64,000 bases of DNA from a virus, in the IMG/VR virus record IMGVR_UViG_3300044624_001039, positions 5,475 through 69,474 of that record; one strand, written 5' to 3'. Position 1 is the stretch's first letter; every line of letters starts with the position of its first letter. This document shows, one piece after another, positions 10,459-18,838 of the stretch. The position numbers and the translations under genes are program-made. Below the pieces are notes generated by a model. That model worked only from the letters and a program-made list of their open reading frames with translations. It was not told the origin of the DNA and ran no database searches.

Positions 10459-10886
10459 TACCAGCTACTGTTATAAAATACTTTAAAACCTAAGAATATT
10501 TCTGCCTTAGCATTAGTAACAAACTCAAGGTCTTGTTCATAGTAATGATTGTCTGCAGGATTACCAAAAAAGAAACCTTCTGTATCTGGAAGTTTACCGT
10601 CACGAATAGCACGTTCAAGGTTATCCAAATCATCCCATGTTAGTTCTAACTCAATGCCGTTGAATATAGGCCAACCGACACTTTGTCTTGGACGACCTTT
10701 ACTAACCCAAAGTTGTTCCATCCATCCATGCAAATTAGGATGCTTCCGCCAATAAGCAAGTTCATGTGGCTTAGTAACTGTGTCACTTTCAAAATCATTT
10801 GTTGTTTCATCAAACTCTGCGTTATCGTAGAAGTCATTGTATTGCCCTTTTTTGCTGGCAACATAAGCATACATATCTAGTCCCAT
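10458..10886 (-). CDS. Conserved phage hypothetical protein
   Basis: MGLDMYAY...YWRKHPNLHGWM...FYNSSW pattern typical of a widespread phage family; AAGGAG RBS. Confidence 0.7.
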   Translation of the reverse strand: MGLDMYAYVASKKGQYNDFYDNAEFDETTNDFESDTVTKPHELAYWRKHPNLHGWMEQLWVSKGRPRQSVGWPIFNGIELELTWDDLDNLERAIRDGKLPDTEGFFFGNPADNHYYEQDLEFVTNAKAEIFLGFKVFYNSSW

Positions 10887-10895
10887 TATTACTCC

Positions 10896-11204
10896 TTAAT
10901 TAAATTTCAAGTTAGATTCTGGATACCAAAATCTAAAATATTCTATTGCTGTTTTTGTTAGAAAAAATTGATGTTGTAAGCCACTACTAGTAGAAAGCTT
11001 ATATGACCAATTACTAGTCTGAATATGTCTACCTATCTTTACATACGCATCAATGTCATTGGTGCGATTAAATGATTTTTCAAAAAATGTGAACAATTCT
11101 TTAAAATTGTTATCATTATCTGTTTCACGACCAACCAATGTTATTTTCTTAGAAAACATAGTTGCTTTAGAATTACTACGTATATCATCTAAAATGTATC
11201 TCAT
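10896..11204 (-). CDS. Hypothetical protein
   Basis: ORF in operon context. Confidence 0.5.
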   Translation of the reverse strand: MRYILDDIRSNSKATMFSKKITLVGRETDNDNNFKELFTFFEKSFNRTNDIDAYVKIGRHIQTSNWSYKLSTSSGLQHQFFLTKTAIEYFRFWYPESNLKFN

Positions 11205-11332
11205 TATTTCACCTGTTCCGCAGTTACCTGTTTAACTTTCTCAACACCATTATCAAGTAGTTTAGCAATACCACTAAAGCCTACAGTAGCAACAATGATG
11301 CCAAATACTGTTCCAATTAAAAAGTTCTTCAT
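11204..11332 (-). CDS. Small single-TM protein (42 aa, not in the ORF track)
   Basis: MKNFLIGTVFGIIVATVGFSGIAKLLDNGVEKVKQVTAEQVK; GGAG RBS. Confidence 0.55.
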   Translation of the reverse strand: MKNFLIGTVFGIIVATVGFSGIAKLLDNGVEKVKQVTAEQVK

Positions 11333-11334
11333 TA

Positions 11335-11568
11335 TTAAATCTCCGGAAATTCTAATTTTTGCCAATCTTCTCTATACTCTATCTCTAAACATTTTGCCGC
11401 ATCTGTATAGCCATGATTGACTAATGTTTGAACACACTTTTCTATAATCAAACTAGCAAAAGCGTCAGGATCAAAATCATATGTATATGTAGAACGATTA
11501 CCTTTATCATCTACCTCAACATAGCCATTGGCTTCTTTAAACAGTTTTTCAATATCTTTATTCATCAC
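11335..11568 (-). CDS. Small phage protein, 'FA-LI-EC' family
   Basis: FDPDAFASLIIEKCV. Confidence 0.6.
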   Translation of the reverse strand: MMNKDIEKLFKEANGYVEVDDKGNRSTYTYDFDPDAFASLIIEKCVQTLVNHGYTDAAKCLEIEYREDWQKLEFPEI

Positions 11569-11785
11569 TCATCTCCTCAACACCAAAATGGATTAACAAA
11601 TCTCTACCTAACAAAGGACCATGTTCCCACACACTACGGGCATAACGGTCACACTCTCTAACAATCAGTTCTGCAAACTTTTCAGTATCAAACCGATCTA
11701 CCATATAATTGTCAAACGCATTAGTACCACGCATTTCACGCACAATACATTTTGCCTTCAATTCATTAATTAATTCTGTATTCAT
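11558..11785 (-). CDS. Small phage protein, 'EKFAELI-EC...HFG' family
   Basis: FDTEKFAELIVREC...HFGVEE. Confidence 0.65.
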   Translation of the reverse strand: MNTELINELKAKCIVREMRGTNAFDNYMVDRFDTEKFAELIVRECDRYARSVWEHGPLLGRDLLIHFGVEEMSDE

Positions 11786-12528
11786 AATACCTTTACACGA
11801 TTAAGTTGGGTAGTGTTATCTCTATGAGCTTTAACAGTACCATAAATGTTCATTGTATCACCTGCTGGTACCTTGTTTTTGTAGCTAAAGAATACTGGTT
11901 GATCGTCTGTGGTAATACCAGTCACAAAGAATACATTATAACTATGTGAATAGGTACACTTGATAACTTCAATTTCAAGTTTTACCTTGTCACCTGCTTT
12001 ACCAACAAAACCTCCGGTAGCAAAATTAACACGTTGTTCTACGGTTTGACGTTCAACGCCACGCTCATAGCATGATGGCAAACTAGCAATAACAGCAATA
12101 TCATACGTGCTAGTAATAACATTTCTGTTAGCAATTAACATTGCGGTGTTGTCAAAATCAGTCAAATGTTTACCTTGAAGGATTTTGAATGTCAATGCCT
12201 GATAAAACGCACGAACCTTTTTACCTTGGTCGCGGTCTTCGTCAGTAATACCTGATTGGTCAGATAACAGTTGTTCAACAATCATACGATTGGATAGTTT
12301 TGTTTTTGTAGTATCTGATTCGGAAATCATACTCAACTTGATATAACTGCCATTAATACGTTGTGCCGCACATGCCGCATTCCACACGTCATCGGCGTTG
12401 TGATTAACTACAACTTTGTTTGTTTTAGTTTTAGCACGATAGTAATCACTACCGTTATCATCTGCATGACCCATACGTTGAATTTGACGACTAGTCATGT
12501 TTGATACATTATAAAATCCAGGCATCAT
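11782..12528 (-). CDS. Hypothetical protein with C-terminal OB-fold-like region
   Basis: C-terminal VGKAGDKVKLEIEV...GTVKAH...TQLNRVK resembles an OB fold. Confidence 0.55.
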   Translation of the reverse strand: MMPGFYNVSNMTSRQIQRMGHADDNGSDYYRAKTKTNKVVVNHNADDVWNAACAAQRINGSYIKLSMISESDTTKTKLSNRMIVEQLLSDQSGITDEDRDQGKKVRAFYQALTFKILQGKHLTDFDNTAMLIANRNVITSTYDIAVIASLPSCYERGVERQTVEQRVNFATGGFVGKAGDKVKLEIEVIKCTYSHSYNVFFVTGITTDDQPVFFSYKNKVPAGDTMNIYGTVKAHRDNTTQLNRVKVL

Positions 12529-12535
12529 TAACTCC

Positions 12536-12802
12536 TTAAACTTCAGATTCGTATTCGTAAAAAGTAACTGACGGGTCCAACTTCTTCAATTGTTTAGCCG
12601 CTGTCATCAATTCTTTGTAGCGACGGTTAACTTCTGCACGGGGCAACTCACCATCGCATGTAAGATTCTCCGGGCTAAGAGCCGAATCAATCATATCTGC
12701 TACACGTTGACGACCTGAGGCAGTAGTGATTTCATACTGTTCACCTTTGAAGAATGAATTCCAGTGATTCTTCTGGTCAATAAATGCTTGTAATGCTTTC
12801 AT
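12536..12802 (-). CDS. Early hypothetical protein
   Basis: Directly behind the promoter/RBS cassette; LSPENLTCDGE motif. Confidence 0.7.
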   Translation of the reverse strand: MKALQAFIDQKNHWNSFFKGEQYEITTASGRQRVADMIDSALSPENLTCDGELPRAEVNRRYKELMTAAKQLKKLDPSVTFYEYESEV

Positions 12803-12808
12803 GTTTAG

Positions 12809-12863
12809 TCCTTTATTTAACTGTTTAAGATTCTATTATATACCCAAATCCATTTATTGTCAA
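12809..12863 (-). promoter_or_regulatory. Repeated early promoter + RBS cassette, copy 1
   Basis: TTGACA (12863-12858), 17 nt, TATAAT (12840-12835), then AGAATCTTAAACAGTTAAATAAAGGA. Confidence 0.85.
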
Positions 12864-13081
12864 ATGTAGAAATCTGACGTAAAGCCCAATGATGTGTAGA
12901 CAATTTCACGGACTTCAGTATCCATTGCTTCGCCGAACAATTCATAGTCACTATCGGCCACATCACGCAAATTTTGCAATACTTCGGCCCATGTGCTTTT
13001 ACGATTTTTGTGGAATTCAATGATATCGGCAATTTGTTGATTACCTTCTTCACTAAACATTCCGTATGTTGCTGTAGTCAT
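12860..13081 (-). CDS. Early hypothetical protein
   Basis: Behind cassette copy 2; its TGA stop lies inside the TTGACA of copy 1. Confidence 0.65.
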   Translation of the reverse strand: MTTATYGMFSEEGNQQIADIIEFHKNRKSTWAEVLQNLRDVADSDYELFGEAMDTEVREIVYTSLGFTSDFYI

Positions 13082-13087
13082 TTCGTT

Positions 13088-13148
13088 TCCTTTATCTAAC
13101 TGTCTAAGATTCTATTGTATCACCGGATCCATTTATTGTCAAATTTTG
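13088..13148 (-). promoter_or_regulatory. Repeated early promoter + RBS cassette, copy 2
   Basis: TTGACA (13142-13137), 17 nt, TACAAT (13119-13114), then AGAATCTTAGACAGTTAGATAAAGGA. Confidence 0.85.
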
Positions 13149-13150
13149 GC

Positions 13151-14044
13151 TTATTTTAATGTCACCGAGTATGAATTTACCCGAACTTCCCCTTTACCGT
13201 TTATGATTTCCGTTCCAAATTCTATGTTATTAATATAATTATCAGAAATAACATTTCGTTCTTTAAGAAAATTTAAAAACTGTTTTAAGTCAATATTATT
13301 TTGACCTGCTAATGATTTTATACTATAAAAAGTAACTAATGTGGGATTTCCAGTAACTGGTCCGGGTTGTATATTATAAATATACAGATTTTTACCGATA
13401 GTTACAATTTCTCCTGTAGGATTACACCAACCACCCCAACAATCAATAATAATACCCAATTCTAAATTCACATCACCAGTCTTAAGTCCACGTGGTTTAT
13501 CAGTTTTTGATAACCAAGATGACAAAAATAACCAGCCGGAACCATTATCACGATTAATTTCAATATCCCAATTAATATCTATAGATGTAATATTATTAAT
13601 AACTTTGGGTAATGATGGGCTAATATCAGTATTACCATAAGCGGGTTTAAATCCATAAACAATTTCTGGATATGACCTAACTCCAGTAGCTATATTAGTA
13701 CCAAAATCCCATGTCCATCTAGCAACCACTGTATTTTTACCTGAAAATCCCATACCAATACATTGACTCCATGGTGCAGTTGGTGAAGGTACATTATATA
13801 ATCCCCATGAACCCCATGAATTATTTTCATATCCATATTCCGGATTTATTTTTATATCCGGATGAATTACTACTGTATTCGGAGTTGTTACGCAATTTAA
13901 CTGTAAATCTAAAGGTTTTAATAAAGTATTAATTATTGGTGCAGGCTCGGGTAATGGAGGCAAATCTCCTCCACCGCCGCATCCAATAATTGGACCTATT
14001 AAAATGAATGTTGAAAAAAGTTTAACTCTGGTCCTAGATAACAT
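13151..14044 (-). CDS. Lipoprotein with GH12-like glycoside hydrolase domain
   Basis: Lipobox IIGC followed by a GGGG/Pro linker; ENNSWG, VRSYPEI, ELGII and EFGTEI match GH12 motifs. Confidence 0.6.
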   Translation of the reverse strand: MLSRTRVKLFSTFILIGPIIGCGGGGDLPPLPEPAPIINTLLKPLDLQLNCVTTPNTVVIHPDIKINPEYGYENNSWGSWGLYNVPSPTAPWSQCIGMGFSGKNTVVARWTWDFGTNIATGVRSYPEIVYGFKPAYGNTDISPSLPKVINNITSIDINWDIEINRDNGSGWLFLSSWLSKTDKPRGLKTGDVNLELGIIIDCWGGWCNPTGEIVTIGKNLYIYNIQPGPVTGNPTLVTFYSIKSLAGQNNIDLKQFLNFLKERNVISDNYINNIEFGTEIINGKGEVRVNSYSVTLK

Positions 14045-14062
14045 TGGTAACTCCGTGTATTG

Positions 14063-14106
14063 ACAGTCTAAGATTGTATTATATACTCAAATCCATTTAA
14101 TGTAAA
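14063..14106 (-). promoter_or_regulatory. Repeated early promoter cassette, copy 3 (diverged)
   Basis: TTTACA (14106-14101), 17 nt, TATAAT (14083-14078), then ACAATCTTAGACTG. Confidence 0.75.
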
Positions 14107-14108
14107 AT

Positions 14109-14444
14109 TTAAGCGGCTAGTCTTTGTTGTGTTTTTGCAACATTATCTTGGACCAACTGTTCAAAACCCGCTTTAGTAACTGGATAGCCCAACAATTTCA
14201 ATTGCTTTTTGATATGCGGTTGAATAAAGCCCTTAGAACCGACGATTTCAAGTGGTGCCTCACCCTTTTCTAAACGGCTGAAATATTCCTCAACTGTAAA
14301 ATTCTTTGTAAGGAATGTAAGGAAACTTGCTTTGGTGCTACGGCTATATTTGAAGCGGGCTACAAACTTTGTAGTACCGTCAACTGGGTTTGTATAGTCA
14401 ACATACTCAGTACCGTAGAAATTGCCCTTGATGAATTTAGTCAT
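14109..14444 (-). CDS. Early hypothetical protein
   Basis: Behind cassette copy 4. Confidence 0.7.
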   Translation of the reverse strand: MTKFIKGNFYGTEYVDYTNPVDGTTKFVARFKYSRSTKASFLTFLTKNFTVEEYFSRLEKGEAPLEIVGSKGFIQPHIKKQLKLLGYPVTKAGFEQLVQDNVAKTQQRLAA

Positions 14445-14450
14445 TTCGTG

Positions 14451-14511
14451 TCCTTTATCTAACTGTCTAAGATTCTATTGTATCACTGGATCCATTTATT
14501 GTCAAATTTTG
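14451..14511 (-). promoter_or_regulatory. Repeated early promoter + RBS cassette, copy 4
   Basis: TTGACA (14505-14500), 17 nt, TACAAT (14482-14477); about 60 nt nearly identical to copy 2 (one mismatch seen). Confidence 0.85.
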
Positions 14512-14516
14512 GGCAT

Positions 14517-14545
14517 AAAAAAGCCCCAAAAACGGGGCATTTTTT
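14517..14545. terminator. Intrinsic terminator (possibly bidirectional)
   Basis: AAAAAA-GCCCC-AAAAAC-GGGGC-ATTTTTT. Confidence 0.8.
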
Positions 14546-14559
14546 GAGAACTAAAAGTA

Positions 14560-14832
14560 TTACTTTTTAGTATTAGTACTTTGATTAACAAAACTGTACA
14601 TTTTTTCCGCAGTTTCTAGGATTTTATCTAGTCCAGGAAACTCTGGCATGTTTACTTTGTTAACAATTTGTCCAGTTTTCTCATCACGTTCGGCACTGAC
14701 TTCCCAGCCCATATATTTAGCATGATATTCTTGACCTACTAGGTCTTTAGCCATTGATAAAATATCGGTACGAATTTCGTAGCCATTTTTATTGAATTTA
14801 ACTTCTGGTAGTTTTGGTGTGTAGTCTGACAT
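14560..14832 (-). CDS. Conserved phage hypothetical protein
   Basis: KNGYEIRTDIL-MAKD...AEKMYSFVN; AAGGA RBS. Confidence 0.65.
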   Translation of the reverse strand: MSDYTPKLPEVKFNKNGYEIRTDILSMAKDLVGQEYHAKYMGWEVSAERDEKTGQIVNKVNMPEFPGLDKILETAEKMYSFVNQSTNTKK

Positions 14833-14987
14833 TATATTTCCTTTGTGTGTTAATGTTCATATAGTATATGACATTTTTTTAGGTTCCTGAAATCTTTCGG
14901 GAAAATGTCATTTCATTTTACTTGCTTTGTAGTCTTTGATAGACTGAATTGCCTCTAGTAGGCTGTTGAAAAGTTGTTTAAGTGTGT

Positions 14988-15191
14988 TCATAGAAATCTC
15001 CAATCTGATTGTTTGCGATGGAACTCATAGGTCAATCGCTCAATGTCGCCTATATCTTGTGGATTACGGCCAACTATATATTTTTCTAATTCTGTTCCGT
15101 AGGTGTCTGTGGAGAAACCTAGGAACACTACTAGCATTCCTAGAAATTTCTTCATATTACTTAGCCTTTGTAGATTTAGCAGATTTAGCAA
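14988..15191 (-). CDS. Small hypothetical protein (likely starts at MKKFLG)
   Basis: LEKYIVGRNPQDIGDIERLTYEF. Confidence 0.5.
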   Translation of the reverse strand: MLNLLNLQRLSNMKKFLGMLVVFLGFSTDTYGTELEKYIVGRNPQDIGDIERLTYEFHRKQSDWRFL

Positions 15192-15444
15192 TATTAAAAG
15201 CAGGTACCATTGCTTTATACTGGTCAGCTAATTGTGTGTAGAAATCTTTGCTTGTGAAAATCATACCCAAAGCCATCATTGATTGCATTCCTGCATCTGC
15301 GGCTTGTTTAGTGTATTTTGATTGTGCATCAATAAAACCGTTCAATGCATTTTTAATGCCATCGTGTTGAACTGTTTGTTCTACGAATTGTTTTTTGAAG
15401 TCTGTAACGCCGTCAATAAAGGCGTAAGTTGCTGTGTTAAACAT
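15157..15444 (-). CDS. Phasin-like amphipathic helical protein
   Basis: All-helical A/Q/F-rich 95 aa protein with a K/A-rich tail; resemblance only. Confidence 0.4.
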   Translation of the reverse strand: MFNTATYAFIDGVTDFKKQFVEQTVQHDGIKNALNGFIDAQSKYTKQAADAGMQSMMALGMIFTSKDFYTQLADQYKAMVPAFNIAKSAKSTKAK

Positions 15445-15509
15445 TTTATATCTCCTATGTGTGTGTTTAAAATTGGGTTTTTATGAAGAACCCCTAACTT
15501 CATATATAT

Positions 15510-15821
15510 TTATGCCGATTGATAGATTTCTCTATATTTTGACATAGCTATTTCTCTAGCCAGAAACAATCTTAACTTGACATAATCAGTTAATTCCTCA
15601 TCCTCTTTTAAAGAGGTTTCAATATTTAATACTATCCTACGAGAATTAACTAATATATCCTCATCCTCAAATAGAATCAAATTTGGATCAATGCCCCAAG
15701 TTTTAATTGCAATAAGTTTGTATGGATTACTTCTTAGAAGCTTCGGCTTTTTTATCGTCGGCTTTTGCTGGTGCTGGGCTAGCAGGCTTTGCATCACTTT
15801 TAGTGTCTGCCTTGGGAGCAT
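15510..15821 (-). CDS. Hypothetical protein (true start probably downstream of 15727)
   Basis: The C-terminal half looks coding; the N-terminal part overlaps the neighbouring gene. Confidence 0.4.
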   Translation of the reverse strand: MLPRQTLKVMQSLLAQHQQKPTIKKPKLLRSNPYKLIAIKTWGIDPNLILFEDEDILVNSRRIVLNIETSLKEDEELTDYVKLRLFLAREIAMSKYREIYQSA

Positions 15822-15978
15822 CCTTTTTCTTAGCTAATTTCATTTCTTCTTTTGGTGCTTCTGCTTTAGCAGGTGCAGCCGCAACTGGAGCAGGCGTTGC
15901 TGGCTTTGCGGCAGTATTCTGAGCCATTGCTGTTGCTACTGACAATGTTGTGATTAGGGCGATTGCTAATGTTTTCAT
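15727..15978 (-). CDS. Secreted Ala/Lys/Pro-rich low-complexity protein
   Basis: Sec signal MKTLAIALITTLSVATAMA followed by AKP repeats. Confidence 0.65.
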   Translation of the reverse strand: MKTLAIALITTLSVATAMAQNTAAKPATPAPVAAAPAKAEAPKEEMKLAKKKDAPKADTKSDAKPASPAPAKADDKKAEASKK

Positions 15979-16066
15979 TTTAAGTTTCCTTTATGTTAAT
16001 GAAGTAGATTTTATACCTACATATATATAACGTATCAGACACGTGATTAGTTGACATAAATACATT

Positions 16067-16549
16067 ATGTTATATATATCTTATCAGGGAATTTACGACG
16101 GGCAAAACTACGAATATGCTAACACACCAGACCAAATAGGCAAATCATTTAATAATGGATTTGCATGTATGGTTGATGTTTGGCGAATAAATAATACACT
16201 TTGTGTAGGCCCGGAAGCTGCACCTATTCCAGTTACTGACAAATATTTGCAAGGTAATCGTTTTTGGATTAAATGCGGGAATCAGGTAACATATGATTGG
16301 TTTACAACACAATCATTAAAAAATTACCCTAACTATTTTTATCAACCCAATTCTAATGTAAATGCATTAACTAGTAGTAATAAGTTATGGACACCGGGTA
16401 CAGTTCCGGTAAATAATACTAGTATTGTTGTGCTACCTGAAATAAAAGATAGAGCATTGTTTAGTACAGTACAGTTAAGATGCTACGGAATATGTAGCAC
16501 CTATTTAACTTTTATCAAACGTATGCGTAATGAAGGTGAATGGTATTAA
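16067..16549 (+). CDS. Degenerate GDPD/PLC-like phosphodiesterase-fold protein
   Basis: ISYQG...NTPDQI...GFACMVDVW aligns with the GDPD pattern IAHRG...ENT...G..EIDV; ATAAATA at 16056-16062. Confidence 0.5.
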   Translation: MLYISYQGIYDGQNYEYANTPDQIGKSFNNGFACMVDVWRINNTLCVGPEAAPIPVTDKYLQGNRFWIKCGNQVTYDWFTTQSLKNYPNYFYQPNSNVNALTSSNKLWTPGTVPVNNTSIVVLPEIKDRALFSTVQLRCYGICSTYLTFIKRMRNEGEWY

Positions 16550-16713
16550 CCACCACGACCACTTCTACGAACAACAGTTGCACCACCATTACCCTTAGTT
16601 GGTTTAGGACCTTGTGATTTAGGAGCTTTAGACAATCCTGGATGTTTGTTATTTTGTTTGGCGGCATTAGCCATATTGATAAAAGGGTTCTTGCTTTTCT
16701 TTTCTTCAGTCAT
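16546..16713 (-). CDS. Small basic disordered protein (55 aa, not in the ORF track)
   Basis: MTEEKKSKNPFINMANAAKQ...VVRRSGRGG; ATGA overlap with the upstream gene. Confidence 0.55.
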   Translation of the reverse strand: MTEEKKSKNPFINMANAAKQNNKHPGLSKAPKSQGPKPTKGNGGATVVRRSGRGG

Positions 16714-17129
16714 TTTGTTACCTTTATGCTATCTAAATATTCATTTACATTTCCATACAGACTTATCATCATAGCTATTTTGCTATCATAAAATCTTATG
16801 TACGGAAAACTTCTCTTTTCAAGTTTATTTACTCCCATATAATAGGGGCATTTGATTTTTTTATTAAGTTCTAGTATATAAGCATGATATTGAATTTCCG
16901 GTTGCAATTTTAATTCATATTGATAAAATTCAATTTCTGCCATTCTGAATGCTAGATCACCGTAATCAGTTAAACGTAATCCATCTTGGCGACCAGTCAT
17001 CCACCATTTAAATATTAGCTTATCTACTGGTATAGCTTTTTCTTGTTTAAATGTATCAGGAAGTTGAGCCAATACAACTTCTGTAATAGTTTCTTTTAGA
17101 GCCTTACGCTTACTCATCTGGGTAGACAA
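16710..17129 (-). CDS. Hypothetical protein
   Basis: Operon context. Confidence 0.6.
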   Translation of the reverse strand: MSTQMSKRKALKETITEVVLAQLPDTFKQEKAIPVDKLIFKWWMTGRQDGLRLTDYGDLAFRMAEIEFYQYELKLQPEIQYHAYILELNKKIKCPYYMGVNKLEKRSFPYIRFYDSKIAMMISLYGNVNEYLDSIKVTK

Positions 17130-17403
17130 CTCTACCTGAATTCATAAACACTACAGTAAACTTATCTGTTTTAAATTGTAGGTTTAGTTTACGACACAAA
17201 TTTCGTGCATGACCTGGATTACTGAAACTTGTTTTCTTATACTTAGGAGTTGATTCATTATCTAAGTAATGTTGGCTTTTTAAATTAATAGGTTGACCAT
17301 CATAAAATACTGCCCATATGCCGGCAGCTTCTACAATTTGATCACATTTATATGTTACTTTGTCTACTAGTTCAAGTAAGACTTTTGGTTGGGTTCTACT
17401 CAT
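17110..17403 (-). CDS. Conserved phage hypothetical protein
   Basis: PKYKKTSFSNPGHARNLC; TAATG coupling. Confidence 0.65.
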   Translation of the reverse strand: MSRTQPKVLLELVDKVTYKCDQIVEAAGIWAVFYDGQPINLKSQHYLDNESTPKYKKTSFSNPGHARNLCRKLNLQFKTDKFTVVFMNSGRVVYPDE

Positions 17404-17606
17404 TAAAATTTACCACCGTTAATTTCTACTTGAAATACAGGCTCTATTGCAATTTTATTTTGCAACAATTCATAGTTATCAACAAGTAATTTTGACAGTT
17501 CATCACGTAATCCACGTGCTTCACCTATAGGAATTACCACGTCTTTTCCTTGTTTAGTTTCCATAATGGATACTTTATCTATAAATCGTTTAATGTGTAT
17601 CATCAA
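17403..17606 (-). CDS. Hypothetical protein
   Basis: Preceded by ATAAATA (17608-17614). Confidence 0.55.
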   Translation of the reverse strand: MMIHIKRFIDKVSIMETKQGKDVVIPIGEARGLRDELSKLLVDNYELLQNKIAIEPVFQVEINGGKF

Positions 17607-18064
17607 GTATTTATCGCTGTTTTAGCATCAAATTCAGTTTTATATGGTCCTTGATAAGGATAACGCTGAATAAAGATATATTTAGGGCAAAAAATAGTTT
17701 CACTTTCATTACCTTGTTGAATGTTAAACCATCCTGCGGCGTGATAACACTTGCTTTTTGGACCTGTAGTAAATAGATGCAATTTACGTTTAATATCTAA
17801 CATACTGTTAAAAACTTTATCTGTTGTAGGATATACCTTAAAGGGCAAATCGTGTTTAGTTTTATCTGCTTTTTTTACAATTTCAAACTCAATATTTGTC
17901 CTACGTTTAATAGCATTTGTGTTTTTATAATGGCTTTTATTGCCATTCAATTTCACTTCAAATCCTGATCCATCAGCTAATACATTGCCAACTTTTTCTT
18001 TACCATCAGTAACAATCCAAAATTGATTTTTAACTACGGGTTTTGCAATAAGTGTTTTTGTCAT
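17603..18064 (-). CDS. Conserved phage hypothetical protein
   Basis: Preceded by a sigma70 promoter and GAGGA RBS. Confidence 0.65.
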   Translation of the reverse strand: MTKTLIAKPVVKNQFWIVTDGKEKVGNVLADGSGFEVKLNGNKSHYKNTNAIKRRTNIEFEIVKKADKTKHDLPFKVYPTTDKVFNSMLDIKRKLHLFTTGPKSKCYHAAGWFNIQQGNESETIFCPKYIFIQRYPYQGPYKTEFDAKTAINT

Positions 18065-18081
18065 GTTTGTTCCTCTGTGTA

Positions 18082-18110
18082 AGTATACTATGTTTAAATA
18101 TATATGTCAA
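18082..18110 (-). promoter_or_regulatory. sigma70-type early promoter
   Basis: TTGACA-17 nt-TATACT. Confidence 0.7.
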
Positions 18111-18375
18111 CCTTTGTACCAAGACTATATAAATATCGGTACTCTTGATATTCTTGGGTAAGTTTTAATGATTCATACCGTTTAATTTCGTCAATATGTT
18201 CTTGGAAATCTCTGTCTTGTTCTAATCGTCTTTCCAATTGTGTTTTTAATATCTTTTCTTTTTCTAACTCTTTAGCCGTTGCAATCTCTCGGACTTTTGC
18301 TAGTTCCATAGCATCTTTTAACATATTATACCTTAAGGTATAATTAAGCAAGGGGGTAGGAGCAGATATAGTCAT
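18094..18375 (-). CDS. Coiled-coil hypothetical protein
   Basis: E/K-rich helix ending in LGTKVDIYI. Confidence 0.55.
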   Translation of the reverse strand: MTISAPTPLLNYTLRYNMLKDAMELAKVREIATAKELEKEKILKTQLERRLEQDRDFQEHIDEIKRYESLKLTQEYQEYRYLYSLGTKVDIYI

Positions 18376-18587
18376 TTAATACCAAAATGATTTTTTATTG
18401 CGTTTTTTGCTTCTATAATAGCAGCCTCATGTTGATTTTTATCAAATGAGGTATGTACATGAGGTTTTGCTGTATTATCTATGGCAAGTAAACATTCATC
18501 AATTAATATTGATGCAAATAGTCCGACAGCAAATTGTTCATCAGTGATACATTTTTCTGCTATTCCTTTAAGTTTTTCGTTATCCAT
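18372..18587 (-). CDS. Small phage protein, 'FA-LI-EC...HFG' family
   Basis: LFASILIDEC...HFGIK. Confidence 0.55.
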   Translation of the reverse strand: MDNEKLKGIAEKCITDEQFAVGLFASILIDECLLAIDNTAKPHVHTSFDKNQHEAAIIEAKNAIKNHFGIK

Positions 18588-18598
18588 ATTTATCCCCT

Positions 18599-18838
18599 CT
18601 ATTTAAATAACTTTACATCCTTATGTTTAACAATTATAACACGATGTATATTATCTTTATATTTAATCGGTAAATCTAAATGAACACTAATTCGTGGTCC
18701 TTCAAGTTCATTAATCAATGTATCATTACCAACTGTACCTACAAATGGGATCTTATTCCATTTCCCAATAATACGATCACCGATATTATATTTACCCTGA
18801 TATCGGTTTGCTTTGAAATATTCTGCTAAACTTGGCAT
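18599..18838 (-). CDS. Small SH3-like hypothetical protein
   Basis: YNIGDRIIGKW...GTVG beta-rich pattern. Confidence 0.5.
   Translation of the reverse strand: MPSLAEYFKANRYQGKYNIGDRIIGKWNKIPFVGTVGNDTLINELEGPRISVHLDLPIKYKDNIHRVIIVKHKDVKLFK

Noticed and set aside
12809-14511. CRISPR or attC-type integron repeats
   Set aside because: The repeats are fully explained as -35/-10 promoter plus RBS; they lack attC palindromy and no integrase is present.
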